A DNA stretch of 64,000 nt from a virus: positions 1 through 64,000 of the IMG/VR virus record IMGVR_UViG_3300033475_000008; one strand, written 5' to 3'. The notes below the pieces were generated by a model. It saw nothing but the letters and a program-made list of their open reading frames with translations, ran no database searches and was not told the origin of the DNA. The translations under genes were made by a program, and so were the position numbers. Below are positions 8,629 to 17,474 of this stretch, in pieces. The stretch's first letter is position 1. Every line of letters begins with the position of its first letter.

Positions 8629-9651
8629 ATGAGCACGAGCAAGAACGACCAGAACTACATCAACCACGTCGCCGTCGTCATGGACGGCTCCGGTTCCATG
8701 TCGCACCTCCAGGGCAAGGTCGTGGAGGTCGTGGACAAGCTCGTCGCGCACCTCGCGGTCACCTCGAAGGAGATGAACCAGGAGACGCGGATCACGGTCT
8801 ACGTCTTCGACGACTACGCTGAGTGCGTCTACTTCGACGTGGACGCGTTGCGGTTGCCGTCCGTGAAGGACCGCTACTGGGTGCGTGGCATGACCGCCCT
8901 GGTGGACGCGACCATGTTGTCCATCGAGGACCTCGAGCTGACCGCGACCAAGTACGGTGACCACTCGTTCCTGATCTACGTGGTCACTGACGGTCGAGAG
9001 AACAAGAGCCAGCTCGCCAACAAGGCAGCACTGCCGGGTCGGATCAAGGCACTGGCTGACAACTGGACTCTGGGCATCCTCGTCCCAGACGTGACCGGTG
9101 TGCACCTGGCCAAGCAGTACGGCTTCCCGGCCGGCAACATCGCCACCTGGGACACGACCAGTGAGGCCGGCCTTGAGGAGGCGGCTCGCGTGGTCACTGC
9201 CTCAGTCAACCAGTACATGGACAACCGGTCGCAGGGGGTGACCGGTTCCAAATCGCTGTTCTCGACGGACTCCAGCGTCCTCAACGCGCAGACCGTCAAG
9301 GCCGCGAAGCTGACGCCGGTAGACCCCAGTACCTTCGTCCTCGTGCCGGTGTACCACGAGATGGCCATCTCGGAGTTCGTGACCAAGGCCGGTTACCGGT
9401 TCCAAGCCGGCACGTGCTACTACCAGCTCAACAAGAGCGAGGAGATCCACGCTCACAAGGACCTCATGGTCCGGAACAAGCTGACCGGTGAGGTCTTCGG
9501 TGGTGAGCGAGTCCGTGACCTGATCGGGCTGCCTCGGGTGACTCGACGAGTGAGTCCCAAGTTCAACGAGGACTGGGAGGTCTTCCCGCAGTCCTCGTCT
9601 CTGAACCGCAAGCTTGTCCCGGGCACGAACCTTCTCATCAAGACCACGTGA
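8629..9651 (+). CDS. von Willebrand factor A domain protein
   Basis: MIDAS DGSGS, GMTAL.DA and VTDG.EN motifs. Confidence 0.85.
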   Translation: MSTSKNDQNYINHVAVVMDGSGSMSHLQGKVVEVVDKLVAHLAVTSKEMNQETRITVYVFDDYAECVYFDVDALRLPSVKDRYWVRGMTALVDATMLSIEDLELTATKYGDHSFLIYVVTDGRENKSQLANKAALPGRIKALADNWTLGILVPDVTGVHLAKQYGFPAGNIATWDTTSEAGLEEAARVVTASVNQYMDNRSQGVTGSKSLFSTDSSVLNAQTVKAAKLTPVDPSTFVLVPVYHEMAISEFVTKAGYRFQAGTCYYQLNKSEEIHAHKDLMVRNKLTGEVFGGERVRDLIGLPRVTRRVSPKFNEDWEVFPQSSSLNRKLVPGTNLLIKTT

Positions 9652-9698
9652 TCGTCACTGACTCACGGTGAGCCAGGGTCACTGACACGACGAGGAGA

Positions 9699-10082
9699 GT
9701 GAGAGTGATGAGGGCCTTGACCAAGCAGCTAAACCGGGAGCTGGGGATCCGGGTGGGCGTATACCACACGATCCGGTTGGAGTGCAGGCACCTTCCCAAG
9801 GTGGAGGTAGACTTCGAGTCACACGACGTGGGGTTCACTCAGGTGACCACCCTGCGTCAGGACGGGAAGGTCCTGGCACACTACCGACCAGGTACCGGTC
9901 ACTGGGACGTCGCACTTGAAGTCGCGACCAAGGTGTGCGCCAGGGCCTACGCGGCTCACCTGCACCGGGAGGGCCCTCTCACTCACGCGACCTTCTTCGC
10001 CGAGGTGGCCCACCAGGTAGAGAGGTTGAGCGGTGACTACCTGGCTGAGGGTCTCCCTGAGGCAGACCTAGACGAGGCATGA
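9699..10082 (+). CDS. hypothetical protein
   Basis: ORF with GAGGAG RBS. Confidence 0.6.
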   Translation: MRVMRALTKQLNRELGIRVGVYHTIRLECRHLPKVEVDFESHDVGFTQVTTLRQDGKVLAHYRPGTGHWDVALEVATKVCARAYAAHLHREGPLTHATFFAEVAHQVERLSGDYLAEGLPEADLDEA

Positions 10083-10112
10083 GTTTACATCTCACGCGTC
10101 AGTTGGTATGGT
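10083..10112 (+). promoter_or_regulatory. GTTTACA-type promoter
   Basis: TTTACA-17 nt-TATGGT. Confidence 0.65.
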
Positions 10113-10151
10113 CTACTCGTTACACCCAGATTGACTGAACTGAGGAGTGAT

Positions 10152-11078
10152 ATGAGCATCAAGCACCTGCGAGGCGCCGCGATCAGCGCTCTCGCTCTCG
10201 TGATCGCTGGTGGCGTCAGTGCCGCCTACGCGACCACGGGTACCGCCACCGGTAGTGACGGGTACACCCCGATCACGCAGACCCGGATCTACGACAGCAC
10301 GCACCTCACCGGGGATCACCTCCTCGGTGCCTACAAGACCGTGACCCTCACCGTGTCCACCTCGCTGGTCCCCCGTGGAGCCAGCGCGGTCAGCATCCAG
10401 TTGACCGCGGCCAGCGAGACTGCTGTCAACGGCGACCTGGACGTGAACAACCAGGCAGCCACCACGTCCAACCTCAACTTCACTCGTGAGACCAACATCA
10501 CCAGTGAGACCACGGCGAAGTTGAGCGCGACCAACACGTTCACCGTGACCAACCACTCGGCTGGCACGGTGCGACTCGTCGTGGACGTCCTCGGTTACTT
10601 CGCGCCGACCACGCCGTACACCACTCCGACCACGATCACACATGACTTCGGCGGAGTGAGCCAGGCAGCGTTCGGTGGTACCTTCTCCACCAACTCGCTG
10701 CAGGTCGGTGACAAGCTCACCGTTCCGGCGGGTACGTACCTGGTGAACCTGAGCATGAAGGCAGCACCGGACTCCACCTACGCGGCGGCCAACCCATCCG
10801 TAGAGGTCACCCCGGGTGTCTTCCTGTACGTCGGTCACAAGCCTTCCAGTGGCTTCGTTGGGAACGTGCTGAACATCGGCAACAGCTCGCTGGAGACCGG
10901 TGGCAACCACAACATCGACAACTACTGGAGCGGTACCACGACCATCACGGTGCCGACCGGCGGTGAGGACCTGTACGCCTACGAGTTCGGCTACGGGAAC
11001 AACCAGGGCGCGGGCTTCTACGACCTGGAAGACGCGAGCATCATCCTGACCCCCGTCGGGACCGTCACCGGTAGCTGA
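10152..11078 (+). CDS. secreted protein with actinomycete cell-surface beta domain
   Basis: Signal peptide ending AAYA; YTPI..TRIYDS..VP.GASAV...TSNLNF...VVDVLGYF module; Thr-rich. Confidence 0.75.
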   Translation: MSIKHLRGAAISALALVIAGGVSAAYATTGTATGSDGYTPITQTRIYDSTHLTGDHLLGAYKTVTLTVSTSLVPRGASAVSIQLTAASETAVNGDLDVNNQAATTSNLNFTRETNITSETTAKLSATNTFTVTNHSAGTVRLVVDVLGYFAPTTPYTTPTTITHDFGGVSQAAFGGTFSTNSLQVGDKLTVPAGTYLVNLSMKAAPDSTYAAANPSVEVTPGVFLYVGHKPSSGFVGNVLNIGNSSLETGGNHNIDNYWSGTTTITVPTGGEDLYAYEFGYGNNQGAGFYDLEDASIILTPVGTVTGS

Positions 11079-11087
11079 CCTACCAAG

Positions 11088-11119
11088 CAACGGGCAGTGC
11101 CTTCGGGTGCTGCTCGTTG
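11088..11119 (+). terminator. hairpin terminator
   Basis: CAACGGGCAG-TGCCTTCGGGTG-CTGCTCGTTG inverted repeat after the stop codon. Confidence 0.55.
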
Positions 11120-11135
11120 TCTGTATAGTGGTCAC

Positions 11136-11579
11136 ATGGCAGACCCTCAAGCTGTTCTGTTCTTGGACCCGGGCAACACCACTGGTTGGGCGATGATCCA
11201 ACTCGATTGTAACGGTTACCACTTCCAAGCCGGGCAAGCATTGGGACCGATCACCACCGGCGGCGTGGTGCAAAGCCTCGCCAAAACTCATGGGCCAGGG
11301 CTGTACCTTGGGTGGGAGCAGTACGTGGTCACTCAGGGTGGTGGTCGAGGTGGCGACGCGAACCAGGCATTGGAGACCATCGGCATCGCCAGGTGGCTGT
11401 GCGCGGAGTACCACTGCACGCTTTTGAAGCCGATGCCTGCCTCAAGTCGCGTCGTGGCCTCTCTGGACCTCTTGAAGACTCTGGGTTGGTACCTACCTGG
11501 GAAGGTGCACGCCAACGACGCGACTCGACACCTGGTCGCGTGGTTGCTGAGGGAGAAAGCGTCTCAGAAAAAGCGGTGA
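11136..11579 (+). CDS. RuvC-like (RNase H fold) resolvase
   Basis: VLFLDPGNTTGWA, WEQY and HANDA.RH acidic motifs. Confidence 0.7.
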   Translation: MADPQAVLFLDPGNTTGWAMIQLDCNGYHFQAGQALGPITTGGVVQSLAKTHGPGLYLGWEQYVVTQGGGRGGDANQALETIGIARWLCAEYHCTLLKPMPASSRVVASLDLLKTLGWYLPGKVHANDATRHLVAWLLREKASQKKR

Positions 11580-11660
11580 AAGCAGTATACAAGCGGTCAC
11601 ACAGAGGTATGGTATAGGTATAACTGCGTGTCAGTACTGAGTGAGTAGATGGGATGAGAG

Positions 11661-11867
11661 ATGGACAGCAGCGTGATGCTCTATGGCAAGAACACTGATC
11701 GCTTCCGAATGGTCAACGGCTTCCTCGAGATCAGCAGTGCGGACACTCGCCTCTCGATCATGGCTCCAGTGGACACCGAGGAGGCGCGCGCCTACTGGCG
11801 TGAACTGGCAGATACCGCGTACGCGCTGGCTGGTCAACTGGACCGGCAGGTGACTCACGGTGAGTAA
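11661..11867 (+). CDS. hypothetical protein
   Basis: ORF in gene run. Confidence 0.6.
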   Translation: MDSSVMLYGKNTDRFRMVNGFLEISSADTRLSIMAPVDTEEARAYWRELADTAYALAGQLDRQVTHGE

Positions 11868-12072
11868 GTATCGAGAGTTCACTATCGTGAGAGGCGACGT
11901 GGTAGGGTCACTCGTGCGAAGTGTCGACGGTCTCACTCTCACCGGTGAGGTGGGACCGAACCAGTGGGTCTTCCACGGTGCGTTGCTCGAGGACACTCAG
12001 CGTCAGTTGGACCTCTGCGTGACTCGTTACGACAAGAACGGCTGGACCGTGATCGGCCCGGAGGCGAGATGA
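11860..12072 (+). CDS. hypothetical protein
   Basis: Overlapping ORF in gene run. Confidence 0.6.
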   Translation: MSKYREFTIVRGDVVGSLVRSVDGLTLTGEVGPNQWVFHGALLEDTQRQLDLCVTRYDKNGWTVIGPEAR

Positions 12073-12073
12073 G

Positions 12074-12445
12074 ATGCGCGCCTGGGAGCTGTTCGTTGAC
12101 GCGGTAAGCGAGACGACCGCCACGCAGGCCCGACAGTTCACGGATCGGGTCCTCCAGCAAGCGGGGTTGACTCACCTGCTGGAAGACACTCGGTTGATCG
12201 TGAGTGAGTTGGTGGGTAACGTGTTCCGCTACGTGGGTGGACCCATGTGGTTGGACCTGGAACTCTGGGAGCAGACCCTGAGAGTCGTCGTCGTGGACGC
12301 CGGCTACCCGTTTGTACTGCCCCAGGGGGAGGTAGACTGGGAAGCCGTGAGTGGCCGTGGTCTGCTCATCATCCAAGCGCTGGCTACCCTGGACCTGAAG
12401 GTATACGTGGCTGGGAAGGCACTCGTAGCCTCCCTTCACGTCTGA
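12074..12445 (+). CDS. RsbW-like anti-sigma / HATPase_c ATP-binding protein
   Basis: AR.F..., LIVSELVGN, LRVVVVDAG, SGRGL.II.ALA, GK. Confidence 0.85.
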   Translation: MRAWELFVDAVSETTATQARQFTDRVLQQAGLTHLLEDTRLIVSELVGNVFRYVGGPMWLDLELWEQTLRVVVVDAGYPFVLPQGEVDWEAVSGRGLLIIQALATLDLKVYVAGKALVASLHV

Positions 12446-12451
12446 GAAACT

Positions 12452-12481
12452 GTTTACATCTCACTTTCGACGTGGTAGGTT
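12452..12481 (+). promoter_or_regulatory. GTTTACA-type promoter
   Basis: TTTACA-17 nt-TAGGTT. Confidence 0.65.
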
Positions 12482-12514
12482 GGTCCTAACAGCAAGAGGC
12501 TGAGATGAGAGTGA

Positions 12515-12997
12515 GTGATTGAGATGGCCACCGAGAAGCAGCTCGCCTTCGCGGAGAAGCTCGCCAAGGAGAAGGGCACCCAGCTCCCCGCCGGGTACCT
12601 CAACTTCACCACCGCGGCTATGAGCAAGGTGATCAATGAGTTGCTCTCGCTCAAGAACGCCGTGGCAAGCGTCACGACCTCAGTGAAGACCGTGACCAAG
12701 GTCTTCGTCACCGCGGGTTTTTACTGCCTCGACGGTGAGATCGTGAAGGTCCAGCTCAACCAAGCCGGTACCAAGCACTACGCGAAGCGTCTCATCCAGG
12801 AGGGTGAGACCTGGCACTTCTACTACGAGGCCGGCCTCATCAACAAGCTCACCCCGGCGATGAAGCTCGAGGAGGAGCAGGCTGCGGCGTTCGGCAAGAT
12901 CTACGGTTACTGCTGCATCTGCTCAGCCCGACTCACCAACGAAACCAGCATCGAGCGTGGCATCGGCCCGATCTGCGCTGACAACCAGGGCTGGTAG
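12515..12997 (+). CDS. DUF6011-like zinc-binding protein
   Basis: C-terminal CCICSARLT...SIERGIGPICA; N-terminal ATEKQ motif. Confidence 0.7.
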   Translation: MIEMATEKQLAFAEKLAKEKGTQLPAGYLNFTTAAMSKVINELLSLKNAVASVTTSVKTVTKVFVTAGFYCLDGEIVKVQLNQAGTKHYAKRLIQEGETWHFYYEAGLINKLTPAMKLEEEQAAAFGKIYGYCCICSARLTNETSIERGIGPICADNQGW

Positions 12998-13005
12998 ACA
13001 CAGAA

Positions 13006-13023
13006 GGGCGCCGGGAGGCGCCC
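13006..13023 (+). terminator. hairpin terminator
   Basis: GGGCGCC-GGGA-GGCGCCC after the stop codon. Confidence 0.5.
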
Positions 13024-13028
13024 TCATC

Positions 13029-13095
13029 TCCCGGGTAGTTCAATAGGCAAGAACACCTGACGAGGAGGCCGCGGGTTCGAGTCCCGCCCCGGGAG
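13029..13095 (+). ncRNA. tRNA-like RNA with truncated anticodon arm
   Basis: Acceptor TCCCGGG/CCCGGGA, D arm and T arm GCGGG-TTCGAGT-CCCGC intact; anticodon arm only CCT-GACG-AGG. Confidence 0.75.
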
Positions 13096-13134
13096 CCCAC
13101 GTAGAGACGTGACTGATGAGATTGAGGAGATCCG

Positions 13135-13677
13135 ATGTACCCTGAGGTTGAGAACTACCTGAAGACCACGGAAAAGGTCGTCGTCGACTACACCGACGCG
13201 GTTCGAGCAGCACGGTCCGAGTTCGACCGGGACAAGTACCACCCCGGCTACAACAGCTATGACCAGGCGCACACGAGGTACGACGAGGCCGTGAAGAAGG
13301 CCATGGCGACTCGAAACGACGGTCTCAAGGTGATTCAAGCCTCACTCTTGAACCACCACGACGAGGTCGTGCAGTTCATCACTCGCACCTGCCTCCCCGG
13401 CTACCGCGACGAGGCTCACGCGATCCTGCGGGAGCTCCCGGCCACGTTCTCGCAGTTGCAAGCGATCGCGCGGTCACACGACTGGTGTGACGTGTGGGAC
13501 CGGTTCGTGGACCAGGCCATCGAGGAGGGAGTGCACCTGCAGGGTCTCACGCAGACCGACATTCTCACTCGGCAGCTGCTGCGGTGGGTCAAGATCGAGT
13601 TTGACTGGAGCTACGAGGACATCGACGAGTTGCAGAACCGCGTCGAGGCCGTCGTGCGGGCCGAGACCAAGCAATAG
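13135..13677 (+). CDS. hypothetical protein, MYPEVENY paralogue 1
   Basis: Paralogous to 13785..14360 (MYPEVENY, LPAT, DWCD). Confidence 0.85.
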   Translation: MYPEVENYLKTTEKVVVDYTDAVRAARSEFDRDKYHPGYNSYDQAHTRYDEAVKKAMATRNDGLKVIQASLLNHHDEVVQFITRTCLPGYRDEAHAILRELPATFSQLQAIARSHDWCDVWDRFVDQAIEEGVHLQGLTQTDILTRQLLRWVKIEFDWSYEDIDELQNRVEAVVRAETKQ

Positions 13678-13684
13678 AGTGAGT

Positions 13685-13747
13685 GCCCCTGACGCTGGGT
13701 GAGGGTCCAGTAGTGAGACGTGGGTTCGACTCCCACCAGGGGTACCA
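13685..13747 (+). ncRNA. mini tRNA-like RNA (acceptor, T arm, encoded CCA)
   Basis: GCCCCTG/CAGGGGT-A-CCA; GTGGG-TTCGACT-CCCAC; a single CTGG/CCAG hairpin replaces the D and anticodon arms. Confidence 0.65.
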
Positions 13748-13784
13748 GCCGGAAGTACCGGTGAGGTGAGATTGAGGAGATCTG

Positions 13785-14360
13785 ATGTATCCTGAGGTTG
13801 AGAACTACGCGACGGCCACGCAGGAAGCCGAGAGCGTGTACAACCAGATGGTCAACACCGCGCAGACCGAGTACTACGCCAGCACCTTCCGGGACCGTCG
13901 GGAGCTGCACGACGCCCGACTGACCATCGCTCGTCACGAGCGGCGCGTCGCCATCCAGGCGGCGTGGGACGGGCTGAAGATGAGCGAGGACAAGCTCGTC
14001 GTGTGGATCGCCGAGCACTGCCAGAGCCACTTCTCCTACGCCGTCCAGGTGCTGGAGATCCTGCCGGCGACCTCGGCCGAGATCCAGGCCCTGGCGTTGG
14101 AGAAGGACTGGTGTGACACCTTCGACACCCTGCTGGACCAGGCCGTCGAGGCCGGTGTCCTCGAGGACGCGTCGGGATCGGATCGACCCCGGAACGCTCT
14201 GACCCGCTGGTTCCGCAACAACATCAGCAGCAACCGTAACAACGTCGACCAGCTGCTGCAGTTCGTGGACCAGATCGTGGCCGCCGAGAAGGCGGCTCAG
14301 GCCGAGCAGGCCACCGACGAGACCGAGAAGGTCACCTCGGACACGGTCGAGGAGTCCTGA
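13785..14360 (+). CDS. hypothetical protein, MYPEVENY paralogue 2
   Basis: Paralogue of 13135..13677 with a near-identical RBS region. Confidence 0.85.
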   Translation: MYPEVENYATATQEAESVYNQMVNTAQTEYYASTFRDRRELHDARLTIARHERRVAIQAAWDGLKMSEDKLVVWIAEHCQSHFSYAVQVLEILPATSAEIQALALEKDWCDTFDTLLDQAVEAGVLEDASGSDRPRNALTRWFRNNISSNRNNVDQLLQFVDQIVAAEKAAQAEQATDETEKVTSDTVEES

Positions 14361-14369
14361 TAAGATCTA

Positions 14370-14393
14370 GGCAGGTGTCGAGAGACACCTGCC
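14370..14393 (+). terminator. hairpin
   Basis: GGCAGGTGTC-GAGA-GACACCTGCC. Confidence 0.5.
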
Positions 14394-14397
14394 ACAC

Positions 14398-14469
14398 CTC
14401 ACCGTAGCTCAATGGACAGAGCGGTCACCTCCTAAGTGACGAGTGTGGGTTCGACTCCCACCGGTGAGA
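14398..14469 (+). tRNA. tRNA-Arg(CCT)
   Basis: Full cloverleaf; anticodon loop CT-CCT-AA. Confidence 0.9.
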
Positions 14470-14528
14470 CGCTGCCAACTTGTCCACATACGTGGTAGGC
14501 TGGCTTCAGAAGAGAGGAGATTGAGAGC

Positions 14529-16304
14529 GTGCCACACGCAGAGATCATCAGTGACCCCCTGCTCATCCAGGTGGATACTCACTTCAATGACCGACACCTG
14601 ATCAAGCAGGTGCCGGGTGCCGGGTACACGAAAGACACGGGGTGGCGAGTCCCCCTCTCGTGGCCCAGTTGCGTCATGTTGCGCGGCCTGTTCGGTGCCA
14701 ACCTCACCGTCGGGCCGCGTCTCGCGTCTTGGTCGCAGATTCTCATGAGTGACCGACTTCGCCCAGCTCTAGGGATTCGAAGCGCGTTGACTGTGGACGG
14801 CGCAGAGCTCACCGGTGAGATGGTCACGGCGCTGCAGCTCCTCGACGAGATCGAAGAGGACTCAGAGCTCAGACTCTACCCGTACCAGCGAGTAGACCTG
14901 GCTTTCCTGATCGCGAATCAGCGGTCTCTTCTGGTCAACGAGCCGGGTCTGGGCAAGACCGCGGTGGTGATCCGGTACCTGCAGGTGCTGGCTGCTCTGG
15001 GTGCCCCGGCGTTCCCGGCCGTGATCGTGTGCCCCAACAGTCTGAAGCACACGGTGTGGGCGCAGGAACTGGCACAGTGGGCACCCGAGCTGATGGTGTC
15101 CGTGGTGGACGGTGGCATGGCACAGCGTCGCAAGCAGTTGCTGCCCGGCTCTGACGTCTACGTCATCAACTATGACGCGATGCGTCTTCACTCTCGTCTG
15201 GCGTCCTACGGTCAGACGGAACTGAGCGCGGCGGACAAGAAGCTCAAGGAACTCAACGAGCTGGACGTGAAGACGTTCATCGCCGACGAGGTTCACCGTT
15301 GCAAGGACCCTCACGCCAAGCAGACCCTGGCCAGTTGGGCAGTGGCTCAGCAGTCCCAGTTCAGGGTGGGCATGACTGGCACCCCCGTGGCCAATCACCT
15401 GGGTGACCTGTGGTCACTGCTGCGTCTGGTGGAACCTGAGTGGTTCCGGGGCAAGACCAAGTTCGTGGACCGGTACGCGGTGCAGGACTTCAACTTCTAC
15501 GGTGGACAGACCATCCTCGGGATCAAGCCCGAGACACGCACCGAGTTGTTCCAGGTGATCGACCCGCTCATTCGTCGAGTACCCAAGAAGGCGGCTCTGC
15601 CGCAGCTTCCGGAGATGCTCCCGGTGCAGTACCGACACACTCCCATGACTCCCTCTCAAGCCAAGGCCTACCGGGAGATGGAGGCCTCACTGATCGCGGA
15701 CCTGAACCAGTTGCTCATGGCACCGGATCCTCTCAACCAGTTGACCAGGTTGCTGCAGTTCGCGTCCAGCTACGCCGAGGTCGACGACCTCAACCGGGTC
15801 CGACTCACCGCCCCCTCCAACAAGGTCAATGACCTGGTGGATCTGCTGGAGGAGATGGGTGACGCTCCCTTGGTGGTGGCAGCTGTGTCCAGGCAACTCG
15901 TGGAGATCGCCGCCGCGGAACTCATCAAGCGTAAGATCAGCTTGGGACTGGTGACCGGGTCTCAGTCACCGGTGGAGCGGCAGCTCGCGGTGAAGAGGTT
16001 CCAGGACGGCCACGATCGTGTGATCATGATGACCACGGGTGCCGGCGCCGAGGGGCTCACGCTCACTCGAGCTGACACCATGCTGTTCATGCAGTCACCG
16101 TGGTCGCTGATCCAGCGGAAGCAGGCCCAAGACCGGATCTACCGCATCGGTTCCGAGATCCACCAGTCGATCCGGATCATCGAGCAGATCACTCCCGGGA
16201 CCGTGGAGCAGCGCAAGCTGGACGTGTTGGCAGGTAAGGAACACCGACTCGAGGAGATCGTGCGTGACCGAGAGACCCTGGCCGCGTTGCTTGGGGTGAA
16301 GTGA
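14529..16304 (+). CDS. SNF2-family helicase
   Basis: LYPYQ, EPGLGKT, DEVH, TGTP, GAEGLTL, QAQDRIYRIG. Confidence 0.9.
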   Translation: MPHAEIISDPLLIQVDTHFNDRHLIKQVPGAGYTKDTGWRVPLSWPSCVMLRGLFGANLTVGPRLASWSQILMSDRLRPALGIRSALTVDGAELTGEMVTALQLLDEIEEDSELRLYPYQRVDLAFLIANQRSLLVNEPGLGKTAVVIRYLQVLAALGAPAFPAVIVCPNSLKHTVWAQELAQWAPELMVSVVDGGMAQRRKQLLPGSDVYVINYDAMRLHSRLASYGQTELSAADKKLKELNELDVKTFIADEVHRCKDPHAKQTLASWAVAQQSQFRVGMTGTPVANHLGDLWSLLRLVEPEWFRGKTKFVDRYAVQDFNFYGGQTILGIKPETRTELFQVIDPLIRRVPKKAALPQLPEMLPVQYRHTPMTPSQAKAYREMEASLIADLNQLLMAPDPLNQLTRLLQFASSYAEVDDLNRVRLTAPSNKVNDLVDLLEEMGDAPLVVAAVSRQLVEIAAAELIKRKISLGLVTGSQSPVERQLAVKRFQDGHDRVIMMTTGAGAEGLTLTRADTMLFMQSPWSLIQRKQAQDRIYRIGSEIHQSIRIIEQITPGTVEQRKLDVLAGKEHRLEEIVRDRETLAALLGVK

Positions 16305-16576
16305 GTCGGCGGATCGAGCGCTTGCAGTTGGCAGGGGACCTGTCTCGGGTCCCCTGTCCACGGTGTAATAGGTTCACTCTGTGGGTGGTGACTCGAGGCA
16401 CCATGTACTCTCTTCTGTGCTCTGATCGTGGTCACTGCGCCTACGAGCTTCCCATCCAGAACAACAAGTCGAAGGGAACCCAGGGTGCGAGTGTCAAACA
16501 GCGTTCTCCGCACGTTCAAGACGTGTCGGCGCAAGTGGTACCTGGCGACGTACCGGCAGCTGACGCTCCGTTCTGA
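16301..16576 (+). CDS. small zinc-ribbon protein
   Basis: CPRC...CSDRGHC; GTGA overlap with the helicase. Confidence 0.5.
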   Translation: MSRRIERLQLAGDLSRVPCPRCNRFTLWVVTRGTMYSLLCSDRGHCAYELPIQNNKSKGTQGASVKQRSPHVQDVSAQVVPGDVPAADAPF

Positions 16577-17441
16577 GAGCCACCCGGCGACTGCCTCAAA
16601 TCTCCTCGGCACCCGCGTTCATACTGCCCTGGAGGCACATTACGGCTACGGGGTCGACCCTCTCCTGGCACTGAGTGCCTCCTACGAGGCTGCCAGGGAG
16701 AGACACGGCGACGCCTGGCACGAGCTCAACGGTGAGCAGTCCTACGCTGAGGTCATGGTCAAGGGCTTCCTGGAGTACGTGGCCTCGACCGGCTTTGACG
16801 AAGAATACGTGCCAGTCGCGGTGGAGCGGATCCTGTCCTACCCGATGGAGGGTGACTGGGGTGGAGAAGAGATCACTCTCACCGCTAAGCTGGACCAGGT
16901 GCTTCGTCGAGTCAGTGACGGTGCCTTGATGGTTCGGGACTTCAAGACCGTGGGGTCACTGGCTAAGGCTGACAACCTGCGCCTGGATGAGCAGATGAGG
17001 TTCTATGACCTGCTTCTGGCACTCAGTCTCGAGGGCACGAGTGACCGCGCTGGTGGGGCCGTGTACACCATGCTTCTGCGGTCTAAGCGCACCATCAAGG
17101 CCACCCCGCCCTTCTACCAGCAGGTGGTCATCACCTACAGTGACGAGGAACGCGCCAGCATGACTCGCCGCGTCAACGGTGAGATCACGGACCTGCTTCG
17201 AGTCAAGCGTTCACTGGACGAGGGAGCTGACCACCGAGAGGTCGCGTACCCTACTCCTGGTGACTACTGCAACTGGGGTTGCCCGTTCAAGCAGGTGTGC
17301 CCCATGTTTGATGACGGCTCGAGGGTAGAAGCAGCTCTGGAAGACCTCTACGTGCAAGCTGACCCGTGGGCCTACTACGGTGACGGTGGTCTCAACGAAG
17401 TCCTGGACAGGGTACCTCTGACCAGGCAAGACGTGATATAG
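16428..17441 (+). CDS. PD-(D/E)XK RecB/Cas4-like exonuclease
   Basis: SNS...FKTCRRKW, GT.VH.ALE, E, KLD, DFKT, Q...Y, C..CPF...C; start may lie further downstream. Confidence 0.85.
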   Translation: MVTAPTSFPSRTTSRREPRVRVSNSVLRTFKTCRRKWYLATYRQLTLRSESHPATASNLLGTRVHTALEAHYGYGVDPLLALSASYEAARERHGDAWHELNGEQSYAEVMVKGFLEYVASTGFDEEYVPVAVERILSYPMEGDWGGEEITLTAKLDQVLRRVSDGALMVRDFKTVGSLAKADNLRLDEQMRFYDLLLALSLEGTSDRAGGAVYTMLLRSKRTIKATPPFYQQVVITYSDEERASMTRRVNGEITDLLRVKRSLDEGADHREVAYPTPGDYCNWGCPFKQVCPMFDDGSRVEAALEDLYVQADPWAYYGDGGLNEVLDRVPLTRQDVI

Positions 17442-17474
17442 TGGACCAGCTACAGCGAGTGAGGAGAATGACCG

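Noticed and set aside
14398-14469. tRNA as a prophage attachment site
   Set aside because: No integrase or duplicated tRNA 3' end; phage genes continue on both sides
16428-17441. Cas4 implying a CRISPR system
   Set aside because: No array or other cas genes; context (AAA ATPase, SSB) is a standard phage recombination module
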